The position numbers and the translations under genes are program-made. 64,000 nt of DNA from Myxococcota bacterium (GTDB taxonomy: Bacteria > Myxococcota_A > UBA9160 > UBA4427). A model generated the notes under the pieces. It did no database searches, was not told the origin of the DNA, and saw only the letters and a program-made list of their open reading frames with translations. The number at the start of each line of letters is the position of its first letter. Positions within the stretch are counted from its first letter, which is position 1. This document shows positions 1 to 9,194 of this stretch, in pieces. Where the stretch lies: contig OZ252299.1 of assembly GCA_965250285.1 (NCBI GenBank), forward strand, positions 3,776,001 through 3,840,000, in the 5' to 3' direction.

Positions 1-838
1 GCTGGGGGCCGCCCCGGCCCTGGCCGCCTCGGTACTCGGCATAGAAGCGCATCACGGCCGCGCCGAGCGGCGTCGCGCGCATGGCGCGGACCCAGTGCGC
101 GCGATCTTCGTCGAGCTTGTCGATCGGCGGCCCCTCCCACGCACCGCCGGCGTACTCGGGCGGCATCAGCGCGAGCGAAGCCAGGCTCGAGGTCGCGATC
201 CACCACGCCCTGCCCTCGGCGCCGGCCTCGGGCGACGGCCACGCCGAGGCATCCCGCGACAGCTCGTCGAAGAACGCGGCGAGGTGTTCACGATCTTCTG
301 CTTCTCGCGCGTCGGACAGCCCCATCAGATCGGTCACCGTCGCCATCACGATGGGCTCGGCCCGCTCGAAGAAGGCCTGCTCGGCCTCGGTGAAGCCCTG
401 CATCATGCGGGCCTTGAGCTCGGGGCGCGTGGGCTCGAGCAGCGCGCGGTAGCCGATGCGCCTCGAGGCCGGCCCGATCTCGTGATCCAGGCGCTGCTTC
501 CAACCCGGGTCGATCGCGGCGACGTAGTGCTCGAGCACCGCCCACGAATCGCTCAGCATCTCACCGCCCGGGAGACACACGAGCGGCACCCCGTGCTGGC
601 GACGATCGACGTCCTTGCCGGTCTCGGCGCCGGGGAAGCTGCCGTCCGACCAGGTCGACCGGTCGGCGCGCAGCGAGGCGATCGGCTCCATGTGCGAACC
701 GATCGCATACGCCACCTCGGTGTAGGCGACACCGGCATCGTCGAGCGCCCAGCGCGCGAGCTCACAGAAGTGCGAGTAGCGAATCGTCAGCAGGTGAGGA
801 CGATCGATGGTCTCGGGGTCGAATCGAAGGGGAAACAG
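1..838 (-). CDS. Glutathione S-transferase family protein (3' end runs off the window)
   Basis: Not in the ORF track. Manual translation gives FPLRFDPETIDRPHLLTIRYSHFCELARWALDDAGVAYTE...VPLVCLPGGEMLSDSWAVL, a GST N-domain with SHFCE, VP and DS motifs. The frame stays open to base 1. The only candidate start is CTG at 838, 6 nt after GGAG. Confidence 0.75.
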   Translation of the reverse strand, partial: MFPLRFDPETIDRPHLLTIRYSHFCELARWALDDAGVAYTEVAYAIGSHMEPIASLRADRSTWSDGSFPGAETGKDVDRRQHGVPLVCLPGGEMLSDSWAVLEHYVAAIDPGWKQRLDHEIGPASRRIGYRALLEPTRPELKARMMQGFTEAEQAFFERAEPIVMATVTDLMGLSDAREAEDREHLAAFFDELSRDASAWPSPEAGAEGRAWWIATSSLASLALMPPEYAGGAWEGPPIDKLDEDRAHWVRAMRATPLGAAVMRFYAEYRGGQGRGGPQ

Positions 839-951
839 AGGGGACTCCGTGAATCACGCGCAGGGGCCTCGATGAGGGTCTCAAGCGGGCGCGCCCGTCG
901 AGACGCGCAGCATAGTCGATCCCGAAGCGCGAACCGGAGAGAGTGGCCCGT

Positions 952-1977
952 TCACCGCGGCCGAAATGCGCTCGGCGGCGAGCCCGTCCACTTCTTGAAC
1001 GCGCGTCGAAAGTTCGTGGTCTCCGTGTACCCGAGGAAGCTCGCGATCTCGTCGATCGTGAGCTCCGACTGGGCGAGGTAGTCCTTCGCCAGATTCGACC
1101 GCACGTCATCGAGGATGCACCGAAAGGACGTACCGAGCGCATCCAGCTTGCGACGCAGGGTGCGCGACGTCATTCCGAGCTCGCGCGACACGGCTTCCAT
1201 GTCGGCGAGTCGACCGGGTGTCCGCAGCAGTGCCTTGCGAGTGCGAACGATCAGATCATCGGCCTCGTCGTGCGAAGCGAGCAGATCCTCGACGAGCCGC
1301 AGCGACATCGCGGCGCTCGCCGGATCGGCGTGCTTCAGCGCGCGGTCGCCCGGGATGTCAGTCCAGAAGACGTTCTGCGCCTGGTCGAAGCGAGGCTTGC
1401 ACCCGAACATCCTCGTGTACGCTTCGGCGTGCGCGGGACGCGCGTAGCTGAGCGACAGGTCGAGTGGGCGCACGGGTCGGTTCATGTAGACCGAGCCGAC
1501 CGTGCAGATCCCGGCGACCATCTCTTCGACGCAGAAGGGCAGCAGCGGGCCGAGCGGGATCGGCGCATCGAGCTGGAGGCGCATCCGGCCGTCGTCTTCC
1601 GTGGCCGAGATCGAGAGCAGCGTCGACGCCGCGTTCTGGAATCGCAGCCCCACGTCGAAGGCCTCGCGCTCGGTGGCACAGCTCATCACCGCGTAGCCGA
1701 GGGCGCCCCACGTGCCGAGGTTCTCACGCGCCCCGACGACCAGACCGAGCTCGGGCAGCTTCGAGAGCGCGATCGCGCGCTCGATCACGGCGAGCATCTT
1801 CTCGAGCGAGATCCAACGATCGACGTCGGCGAGCTGCGCGGGCCCGAGCCCGGTTCCGGCCAGCACGTCGCCGGGGGCGAAGCCGCGCTCTTCGAGCACC
1901 GAGACGATCAGCCCCGCGAGCTGCGGCGGCAGCGTCCGGTGGATCGGGTCGGTCGTCGAGGTCGGCGTCGGGGGCAT
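952..1977 (-). CDS. AraC family transcriptional regulator (Arabinose_bd_2 N-domain, OruR/VqsM-like)
   Basis: C-terminal AraC HTH (SRTLRRKL...IASFLGYTETTNFRRAFKKWTG) and N-terminal GALGYAVMSC motif; divergent from the PhyH gene. Confidence 0.93.
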   Translation of the reverse strand: MPPTPTSTTDPIHRTLPPQLAGLIVSVLEERGFAPGDVLAGTGLGPAQLADVDRWISLEKMLAVIERAIALSKLPELGLVVGARENLGTWGALGYAVMSCATEREAFDVGLRFQNAASTLLSISATEDDGRMRLQLDAPIPLGPLLPFCVEEMVAGICTVGSVYMNRPVRPLDLSLSYARPAHAEAYTRMFGCKPRFDQAQNVFWTDIPGDRALKHADPASAAMSLRLVEDLLASHDEADDLIVRTRKALLRTPGRLADMEAVSRELGMTSRTLRRKLDALGTSFRCILDDVRSNLAKDYLAQSELTIDEIASFLGYTETTNFRRAFKKWTGSPPSAFRPR

Positions 1978-2082
1978 GTCCGAAAATGATCAGGTCTTCG
2001 TCCGAATTGAACCTCTCCCCGACCGGCCCTGCAAGGCAACCTGCTCGCACCTTCTCCCCCCTGCTTCATGGAGGCCCTGACC

Positions 2083-2994
2083 ATGGCCAAGCTCACGACG
2101 CTCGATCCCGATGCGATCCTCGACGAGATCATGGACGCGGTCGATCGCGACGGCGCTGTCATCGTGCGGGACGTTCTCTCTCCCACACAGGTCGATCAGC
2201 TGCGGAGCGAGCTCGACCCGTTCCTCGAGTCGACATCGAACGGGGTCGACGACTTTCACGGCAAGTGCACCACCCGCACGGGCGCCCTGATCGCGCGATC
2301 GGCGATGTGTCGAGAGATGGTGCTCGACCCGCGCGTGCGCGGCGTCTGTGATCGTGTGCTCCTCGAGCATTGCGAGCGCTACCAGATCCATCTGACCCAG
2401 GCGATTCGCATCCGGCCGGGTGAGTCGGGCCAGCTGATCCACAAGGACAAGTGGGCTTGGAGCTCGTACTTCAACGACCTCGAGCCCCAGATCAGCTCGA
2501 TGTGGGCGCTGACCGACTTCACGCGGGAGAACGGCGCCACACAGGTCGTCCCCGGCTCGAGCGATTGGCCCAACGAGCGGCAGCCGACCGAGGACGAGAT
2601 CGCCTTCGCCGAGATGACGAGGGGCTCGGTCCTGATCTTCACCGGATCGGTGCTCCACGGCGGCGGTGCGAATACGTCGGACGGCGACCGCATCGGCGTG
2701 CTGCTCGACTATGCGCTCGGCTGGGTGCGGCAGGAGGAGAACCAGTACCTCTCCTGCCCTCCCGAGATCGCGAAGCACTTCGAGCCCGAAGTTCGGGACC
2801 TGCTCGGCTACACCATGGCCACCTTCACCCTCGGCTACTACACCCCCCCGCTCGCACCGGGTGAGGGCCCCGAGGCCGTCAGCCCGGCATACGCGCTCGA
2901 CCCGACGGTCGAGACCGGTGGGTTCGGCGGCGATGCGCTCCGCGAGGCGATGGAGCGCGACATCCTGGGGGACGCCGAGGTCGTGCACGGCTAG
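2083..2994 (+). CDS. Phytanoyl-CoA dioxygenase (PhyH) family Fe(II)/2-oxoglutarate dioxygenase
   Basis: Q-x-x-H-K-D motif, ALTDFTRENGATQVVPGS, distal HGGGAN and R, QEENQYL. GGAGG lies upstream of the ATG at 2083. Confidence 0.9.
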   Translation: MAKLTTLDPDAILDEIMDAVDRDGAVIVRDVLSPTQVDQLRSELDPFLESTSNGVDDFHGKCTTRTGALIARSAMCREMVLDPRVRGVCDRVLLEHCERYQIHLTQAIRIRPGESGQLIHKDKWAWSSYFNDLEPQISSMWALTDFTRENGATQVVPGSSDWPNERQPTEDEIAFAEMTRGSVLIFTGSVLHGGGANTSDGDRIGVLLDYALGWVRQEENQYLSCPPEIAKHFEPEVRDLLGYTMATFTLGYYTPPLAPGEGPEAVSPAYALDPTVETGGFGGDALREAMERDILGDAEVVHG

Positions 2995-3309
2995 CCCGCT
3001 TCCAGAAAGCCCGCGCTCCTCGATGGGGCGTGCGACCTCGGCGCGCGCGGGGGGCGCGATGCGATCCGGTCGAACGCTGCACGCTCGGGCGCGGGACGTG
3101 GCGCCGTCGAACCACGGCTCGGGCGCGCGATCCGCCCGGACATCCACGACTGGCAGCCGACGCCCCGCCTCCCCCGAATGGGTTCGCGCAGCGCGCTCGA
3201 CTTGCGGGTTGCCCGACGCACAGTGTCCGCCGTTCGTCACGCCAATGCCCTCGAATCGATGCCGTAGGGTCATCTCGCGGGTCGACCATGTTCGCTGGGG
3301 GGTTCGGTC

Positions 3310-4476
3310 ATGTTCGAGCCGCAGTGGATACCCGCGCTCTCGGCCGCCGCCGCGACGGGCGGCAGCGCCCTCGTCGCGCGCGACTATCTGCGCCGTCGGC
3401 TCGTCGGGCAGGAAGACCGCTTCATGGCGCTCTTCAGTCGAGACGACTGGGACGCCTGCAACATGGACATCGTCTTCCAATTCGACGCTGGATCGGACGA
3501 CCATGTCAAGCGCGTCTTTCGCGAGCGGCTCGTGCGACTGATCGAGGCCGCTGATCCCGAAACGAGCCTGCTTCACGAGGTGGGGCGCCTCGACGGGCCT
3601 GGTCTCGACTTGCGACGCGTCCCCTTCGTCGACCTCGACGACCTCTGCCTACCCCAGCGCCACGGGGTGCGACTCGAATGGGACGCGCCCGGCGAGATCC
3701 GCATCGTCTGGAATCACGTGCAGACCGACGGCGTCGGTCTGTGGGAGACGTTCCGGCCCGCATTCGACCCGAGTCCGCCGCTCGTCACGTACGACGATGC
3801 ACCGACGCCCCCACCCTTCCTGCCCGAGCTGATGGCGATCCCTGCAACGACGCGCCGCCTGCTCTGGCGCGGTCGCCTCAATCGGCTCTGCGGGGATGAG
3901 CAGAGCACGCTCGTCCACATCTGGCCGACCGAGCCGATCCGGGCCCTGCGCCAGGAGCTGAAGGCCAACTTCAATCTGGTGTCGGCCGCGTTGATGCTCG
4001 AGCAGATCTTCGAGCGCCATCCGGAGGTTCCCTACCTCGTCACCGGGATCATCGTGTTCTTCCCGTTCCTCGAGGGCCGCAACCGGTACGGCGTGCTGAC
4101 GACGAAGGTGCAGCGCGCGCCCGTCGACGACATGGTCCGCCAGATCGAGAGTCAAGTTCGGTTCCCGATGCTGCGGTGGGGCACGGCATCGACGCAGACC
4201 TACACCCTCGCTCGCCTGCCCGAGCTGATCTTCGAACCGGTCATGCGCTACTACCGGCGCCAGGTCGACGTGCTGATCAGCAACCTGCCGGTCGGGACGA
4301 CGCCCGCGCTGATCGACGGCGTACCGATCACGATCTCGTGTCATCCCTGGGAGCTGAGCGCGCCGTACTACCTGCTCGCCGTCGGCACGCGCGACACGCT
4401 GCACATGTCGATCAACTCGCGCTTCGACCAGGCCGCCGACTTCATGAGGGGCCCGATCGGCTCGGCTCACCGCTGA
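3310..4476 (+). CDS. Putative CoA-dependent acyltransferase (WS/DGAT- or condensation-domain-like)
   Basis: HxxxDG motif (WNHVQTDG) and C-terminal VLISNLP, which resembles the WS/DGAT ISNVP motif. Confidence 0.5.
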   Translation: MFEPQWIPALSAAAATGGSALVARDYLRRRLVGQEDRFMALFSRDDWDACNMDIVFQFDAGSDDHVKRVFRERLVRLIEAADPETSLLHEVGRLDGPGLDLRRVPFVDLDDLCLPQRHGVRLEWDAPGEIRIVWNHVQTDGVGLWETFRPAFDPSPPLVTYDDAPTPPPFLPELMAIPATTRRLLWRGRLNRLCGDEQSTLVHIWPTEPIRALRQELKANFNLVSAALMLEQIFERHPEVPYLVTGIIVFFPFLEGRNRYGVLTTKVQRAPVDDMVRQIESQVRFPMLRWGTASTQTYTLARLPELIFEPVMRYYRRQVDVLISNLPVGTTPALIDGVPITISCHPWELSAPYYLLAVGTRDTLHMSINSRFDQAADFMRGPIGSAHR

Positions 4477-4483
4477 CGCGTGC

Positions 4484-5299
4484 TCAGAACGAACGGGTGA
4501 TGCTGAAGAAGGGGCGCGGCGCGCAATTCGACGTGCGCCCGCAGTCCGCCTCGGACCGGTTCGTGTCGACGTAGGCGAGGCGCGCGTCGAAGCCCCAGTG
4601 TGACGCTGCGAGGCCGACACTCCAGTCGAACTCATCGGCGCCCTTGCCCGAGCCGTTGCCGAACTGGTAGCCGACGTGGGTCTCGAGGCTCAGGGTCCAG
4701 ACGAGATCGATCGCGACGTCGAAGGCGGGATAGTAGGCCGGATCGCCGGCTTCACCGTAGTTCCACGTCAGCGCGAAGAACCCCCCGGTGCGCACTCGGC
4801 CGAAGTCGTAGACCGCGTTGATCGTGAACTCGGGATAGAACGTCTCGATGTCGAGCAGCGGGTACATGAAGTAGACGAAGCCGAAATCGAGCTCGAGATC
4901 GCCGCGCTCCATCACGTAGCCGGCGAACAGGTCGAGCTCGAAGCTCGGACCGTCGCCGAAGTCGACGTTCGAGATCCACGTGCCCACATAGAGCCCGTTC
5001 GCGAAGCGCCAGTCGACTTCGGCCTGGCCCGCCGGCTTGCGGCTGCTCTGGCTGACGCCGCGCCACACGTACTCGGTCGCGAAGGTCAGCGAGGCCGAGA
5101 AGCGGCCGGGCAGCGGGCCGAGCGCGTGCCCGGCCGTCGGGACGGGCTCGGCGCGCTCGGAGCCGGGCGGGGCACCCGCGTCGCGCTCCGATTTCCTGTC
5201 TTCTGCCAGAGCCGCGAAGGGCAATACCCACACGACAGATGCGGCGGCGACCACCTGGATCCAAATTTGCCGCGCCCGCTGCGCACGATGCATGGTCAT
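4484..5299 (-). CDS. TIGR02001/TorF-family outer membrane beta-barrel protein
   Basis: Signal peptide (VVWVLPFAALA), ATEYVWRGVSQS...GLYVGTWISNVDF...ELDLFAGY, and a C-terminal F. The N-terminal extension of the track ORF overlaps pqiA and is treated as spurious. Confidence 0.88.
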   Translation of the reverse strand: MTMHRAQRARQIWIQVVAAASVVWVLPFAALAEDRKSERDAGAPPGSERAEPVPTAGHALGPLPGRFSASLTFATEYVWRGVSQSSRKPAGQAEVDWRFANGLYVGTWISNVDFGDGPSFELDLFAGYVMERGDLELDFGFVYFMYPLLDIETFYPEFTINAVYDFGRVRTGGFFALTWNYGEAGDPAYYPAFDVAIDLVWTLSLETHVGYQFGNGSGKGADEFDWSVGLAASHWGFDARLAYVDTNRSEADCGRTSNCAPRPFFSITRSF

Positions 5300-5441
5300 A
5301 CGATACAGAGCGTCGCACGCAGACCGAGCGAACGGGCCCTCCGGCCCGCCCGGCGGCGTGCTTTCGCATTCGCCGTGCGTGGTAGGCTCAGGCGTCGAGC
5401 GCGCCGCCACTGCGCGACCTGTTGACGGCGTAGGTGAACGA

Positions 5442-6722
5442 ATGGCCTCGATCCGCCAGACCGTCGAATGCCCCGAGTGCGGCCTGCGCCAGACGAAGCG
5501 CGAGCCGAAGCCCCATCGCGACGTGCTCTGCGAGCGCTGCGACAAACGCCTCGCCCGCACGCGACGCAACGGGCTCGAGCGCTCGTTCGCATTGACTGTC
5601 TGCGCTCTCGTGCTGCTCGTCATGGCGTTCGCGGCGCCCCTGATGGACCTCGAATACCAGGGACGCACGCAGCGAGCGCACCTGGTCACCGGCATCGTCC
5701 AGCTCTGGAGGATCGGTTTCGAACCCCTGGCGGTGCTGATCGCCTTCACCAGCGTGATCGCGCCTCTGGTCGGGCTCGTCGGGCTTCTCGCCGTGGTGCT
5801 TCCACTCGCCCTGAACAAGCCGATGGCCTACATCGCGCCGCTCTACCGACGCGTCATGATCCTTCGTCCGTGGTCCATGCTCGAGGTGTACCTGCTCGGC
5901 ATGATCGTGGCGTACGTCAAGATGAGTCAGCTCGCGTCGGTCGATCTCGGGCTCGGCGCGATGGCCCTCGGCGCGCTCATCCCGGTCTTGATCGGCGGCT
6001 ACGACAGCCTGGACGCACGCGTGATCTGGCAGAGCTGGGATGCGAGCCAGGCTGCGGATCCGCCCGAGAGTCCGAGCCCGGGGCCGACGGTGCTCACCTG
6101 CCCGACGTGCGGCTATGCGGTCGCAGCCGAGTCAGGCGAGGGCGACGCGCGCTACCACTGCCCGCGCTGCCACGACCGCTTCGCGCGGCGGCTGCCGTTC
6201 TCGCTGCAGCGCACCTGGGCCCTCGTCATCACAGCCGCGCTGCTCTACGTGCCCGCGAACGTCTGGCCCATGATGCACATCGACAAGATGGGCCACGCCG
6301 AGGACGACACGATCCTGGCCGGTGTCGGTGAGCTCATCAACGATGGAATGTGGCAGATCGCGGCGCTCATCTTCTTCGCGAGCATCGTCGTCCCGATGCT
6401 CAAGATCGTGGGGCTGGTGTACCTCATGTTGGCGATCCAGCTCGAATGGCCCAGTCGAAGACGCTCGCTTCACCGCTTGTATCGCATCGTGGAAGGCATC
6501 GGACGATGGTCGATGATCGACATGTTCGTCACGTCGCTGCTGGTGGCGTTGGTGCAGATGGGGCAGATTGCCACGATCGTGCCGGGACCAGCCGCGACGT
6601 GTTTCGCAGGGGTGGTCGTTCTGACGATGTTCGCGGCTATGAGCTTCGATCCGCGGCTGATCTGGGATCGGGCCGAGGCGGCCGCGCCGGTCACGCCTCG
6701 GGCCGAGGTCGCGAAGGCATGA
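5442..6722 (+). CDS. pqiA: Paraquat-inducible protein A (PqiA/LetA family inner membrane protein)
   Basis: Two zinc-ribbon pairs (CPEC/CERC and CPTC/CPRC), PWSMLEV, GRWSMIDMF and FDPRLIWD. Confidence 0.93.
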   Translation: MASIRQTVECPECGLRQTKREPKPHRDVLCERCDKRLARTRRNGLERSFALTVCALVLLVMAFAAPLMDLEYQGRTQRAHLVTGIVQLWRIGFEPLAVLIAFTSVIAPLVGLVGLLAVVLPLALNKPMAYIAPLYRRVMILRPWSMLEVYLLGMIVAYVKMSQLASVDLGLGAMALGALIPVLIGGYDSLDARVIWQSWDASQAADPPESPSPGPTVLTCPTCGYAVAAESGEGDARYHCPRCHDRFARRLPFSLQRTWALVITAALLYVPANVWPMMHIDKMGHAEDDTILAGVGELINDGMWQIAALIFFASIVVPMLKIVGLVYLMLAIQLEWPSRRRSLHRLYRIVEGIGRWSMIDMFVTSLLVALVQMGQIATIVPGPAATCFAGVVVLTMFAAMSFDPRLIWDRAEAAAPVTPRAEVAKA

Positions 6723-6749
6723 GCTGTAGCGCGCGAGGAGAGGTGGCCG

Positions 6750-7799
6750 ATGAGTGAAGCCGCGACCGGGTCTGATTCGTCCACGGCGAGGAAGCAGCCG
6801 TTCTGGCGCAGTATCTCGGCGGTGTGGCTGCTTCCGCTCGTCGCCGTGCTGATTGGTGGCAGCCTCCTGGCCCGCTCACTCGAACAGATGGGCCCGACCG
6901 TCAAGATCCGCGTGAGCGCGGCCGGCGGTCTGAGCGCAGATCAGACCACGATCAAGTACCGCGAGATGGATATCGGCACCGTCACCGACATCGAGTTCGG
7001 CGACGATCTAGCGAGCGTGATCGTGCGCGCTCAGCTCCACCGGGCCGCCAAGCCATATCTGACCGAGAGCGCGGCCTTCTGGGTCGCCAAGCCTCGCATC
7101 TCGGTCGAGCGCATCTCGAATCTCGATACGCTGGTGTCCGGGCACTATCTCGCCTTCGAACCGGGGCGCACCGACGACAAGCCGTCGCGCGATTTCACTG
7201 CGCTCGAAGTTCCGCCCATCGTCGTCGCACGCGGTCGGCGCTACGTGGTCGAGGCCCAGTCACTGGGCCACATCGGGGTCGGCGATCCCGTGTACTACCG
7301 GGGCGAACGGGTGGGGACCGTCACGGCCCACGAGCTGCATCCCGACGGCGACTCGGTCGGCATCGGCGTGAGCATCGACGAGCCCTACGTCCCGCTCGTG
7401 CGCACGAACACCGTCTTCTGGAACTCGGGTGGCATCCACGCCAGCCTCAGCTGGCGGGGGCTCGACGTGCAGACGCCGTCGCTGTTGTCGATGCTGGCCG
7501 GCGGCGTCTCGTTCGCGACGCCCGACAAGCCCGCCGGCCGGGCCGATTCGGGCTCGGTCTTCAAACTTCATCCCGAGGTCGAAGACAAGTGGCTCGATTG
7601 GTCGCCCAAGATCGAGCTCGGCAAGATCGACGACCGCGAGTCGCTGGTCGAAGAGCCCGTCGCGATCGTCGAACGCAACGACGCGAGCTTGTTCCATCAC
7701 AAGGGCGACGCCGCCGGCCAACCCGAAGACGTCGAGTTTCGAAAGCACTGGTTTCGCGATCTGGCCGATCGCGTCTTCGAACCGATCCTCGGGCCCTGA
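6750..7799 (+). CDS. MCE/MlaD domain protein, PqiB/LetB family, with only two MCE domains
   Basis: N-terminal TM (VWLLPLVAVLIG); MCE1 (IKYREMDIGTV...FWVAKP...LDTLVSGHY); MCE2 (VYYRGERVGTV...VRTNTVFWN...GGVSFATP). Confidence 0.88.
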   Translation: MSEAATGSDSSTARKQPFWRSISAVWLLPLVAVLIGGSLLARSLEQMGPTVKIRVSAAGGLSADQTTIKYREMDIGTVTDIEFGDDLASVIVRAQLHRAAKPYLTESAAFWVAKPRISVERISNLDTLVSGHYLAFEPGRTDDKPSRDFTALEVPPIVVARGRRYVVEAQSLGHIGVGDPVYYRGERVGTVTAHELHPDGDSVGIGVSIDEPYVPLVRTNTVFWNSGGIHASLSWRGLDVQTPSLLSMLAGGVSFATPDKPAGRADSGSVFKLHPEVEDKWLDWSPKIELGKIDDRESLVEEPVAIVERNDASLFHHKGDAAGQPEDVEFRKHWFRDLADRVFEPILGP

Positions 7800-7811
7800 C
7801 ACGACGGCCGC

Positions 7812-8615
7812 TCACAAGCCCAGATCGCGCCTCGAACGATCGAGATAGTCACCGAAGTGCTTCGCAAACGGCGGTGAGTCGGCCAACGCGAAGAGGTGTG
7901 CAAACGCGCGCGGATGCGCCGCCGGCTCGCCTTCGCTGATGAGATGCAGCCCCTGCGCCTCGAATGACTTGCGAGCCCCACGCTCGTTCAGGAACTGACC
8001 GAAGTCACAGGCGAAGGCGATGTCGGCGAGACTGAGGGCCTCGCCCGCGATGTGCGACGAAGACTCGAGCGCGCGCTCGATACCGTCGAGATAGAACGCA
8101 TACGCGGCGCTCATGCGCGCATGAAGCTCGGCGGTGACCTCACGAGGCCCGAGCGCCAGCAGGTAGACCTGCGCTTCACGTGCGAACACGAGCGTCGCGT
8201 CGAGAAAGCTGTCGATGCGCGAAGCGTCATAGCCATCTGCTCCGTAGAGCCCGTGCGCCGACGAACCGGCACGCGCCACGGCCCGCATGATGCTGTTCGA
8301 CTCGAAGACGCCGATTGCGCCATCTGGGCTAAACGCGGCGGGCACGGTCCCGTACGGATGCGCCTCGAGGAAGGCGTCGGTCTTGTAGAGCGTGCCCGAG
8401 AAGCCGCGCTGGCTCGTGCGCGCATGCGGGCTCGACGGGGATCGCTCGTCGTCTTTCAGAGGCCGGGCGTCGAAATCCCACAGCCAACCGGGGAGCGCCA
8501 TCGGGGCGTCGCCGCACACCTCGACCTCGACGCCTCCGAACTCGGCGGCAATCAGCGCCTTGTAGACGCGGGGGTTCGGGAGGTAGGAGAAGATGCGGAG
8601 GACCGGGTTGCCCAT
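7812..8615 (-). CDS. Glutathione S-transferase family protein (EF1B-gamma-like N-terminus)
   Basis: PNPRVYKALIAAEF...HPYGTVPA...VFESNSIMRAV, plus the C-domain N-cap GEALSLADI. Confidence 0.85.
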   Translation of the reverse strand: MGNPVLRIFSYLPNPRVYKALIAAEFGGVEVEVCGDAPMALPGWLWDFDARPLKDDERSPSSPHARTSQRGFSGTLYKTDAFLEAHPYGTVPAAFSPDGAIGVFESNSIMRAVARAGSSAHGLYGADGYDASRIDSFLDATLVFAREAQVYLLALGPREVTAELHARMSAAYAFYLDGIERALESSSHIAGEALSLADIAFACDFGQFLNERGARKSFEAQGLHLISEGEPAAHPRAFAHLFALADSPPFAKHFGDYLDRSRRDLGL

Positions 8616-8630
8616 GGCTTCCTCGTCGTT

Positions 8631-9110
8631 CTAGTCGAGTGCTTGGAGTCGCGCGCGCGCTTCTTCATTCGCCCCGGGACCGGGCTCGAAGGCCAGTTGA
8701 TCGGGCCGCAGGGGCGCGCCGTGTCGATCGCGAACACGCAGCGCCGGCACCGGGCGCCCGGTCGACCGGTCGACGAGCAGCACGGGCTCGTGGCCCCGAC
8801 CGAACACGTGGTGGTTCGACCATTGCATCAGCGCGATCAAGACGGTGTCGAGCGCGCGCCCCTTCTCGGTCAGACGATAGGCGTAGCGCGTGCCTCGCTC
8901 GCCGACGTCTTCCTTGACGAAGAGACCCTCGCCTTCGAGGAAGGCGAGGCGGTCACTCAGCAAGGTCTTCGCGATGCCAGTGTTGCGCTGGAAGTCGCTG
9001 AATCGCGTCACGCCATAGAAGGCCTCGCGCACCAGCAGCAGGCTCCAGTGATCCCCCAGCACATTGAGCGCCCCAGCGATCGCGCAGGTTTGCGTGTGGC
9101 GGTTCGACAT
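8631..9110 (-). CDS. HxlR family winged-helix transcriptional regulator
   Basis: CAIAGALNVLGDHWSLLLVREAFYGVTRFSDFQ...YRLTEKGRAL. Confidence 0.93.
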   Translation of the reverse strand: MSNRHTQTCAIAGALNVLGDHWSLLLVREAFYGVTRFSDFQRNTGIAKTLLSDRLAFLEGEGLFVKEDVGERGTRYAYRLTEKGRALDTVLIALMQWSNHHVFGRGHEPVLLVDRSTGRPVPALRVRDRHGAPLRPDQLAFEPGPGANEEARARLQALD

Positions 9111-9128
9111 CTCTGGATGCGGCCCCTT

Positions 9129-9157
9129 TCATTTGGTACACAAAAGCTACCAAATGA
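9129..9157. promoter_or_regulatory. Perfect 10-bp inverted repeat, probable HxlR operator
   Basis: TCATTTGGTA-cacaaaagc-TACCAAATGA in the AT-rich gap between the divergent HxlR and SDR genes. Confidence 0.75.
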
Positions 9158-9194
9158 TTCGCACGCGGCAACCCCCGCGGAGGAGCCCGACGAC

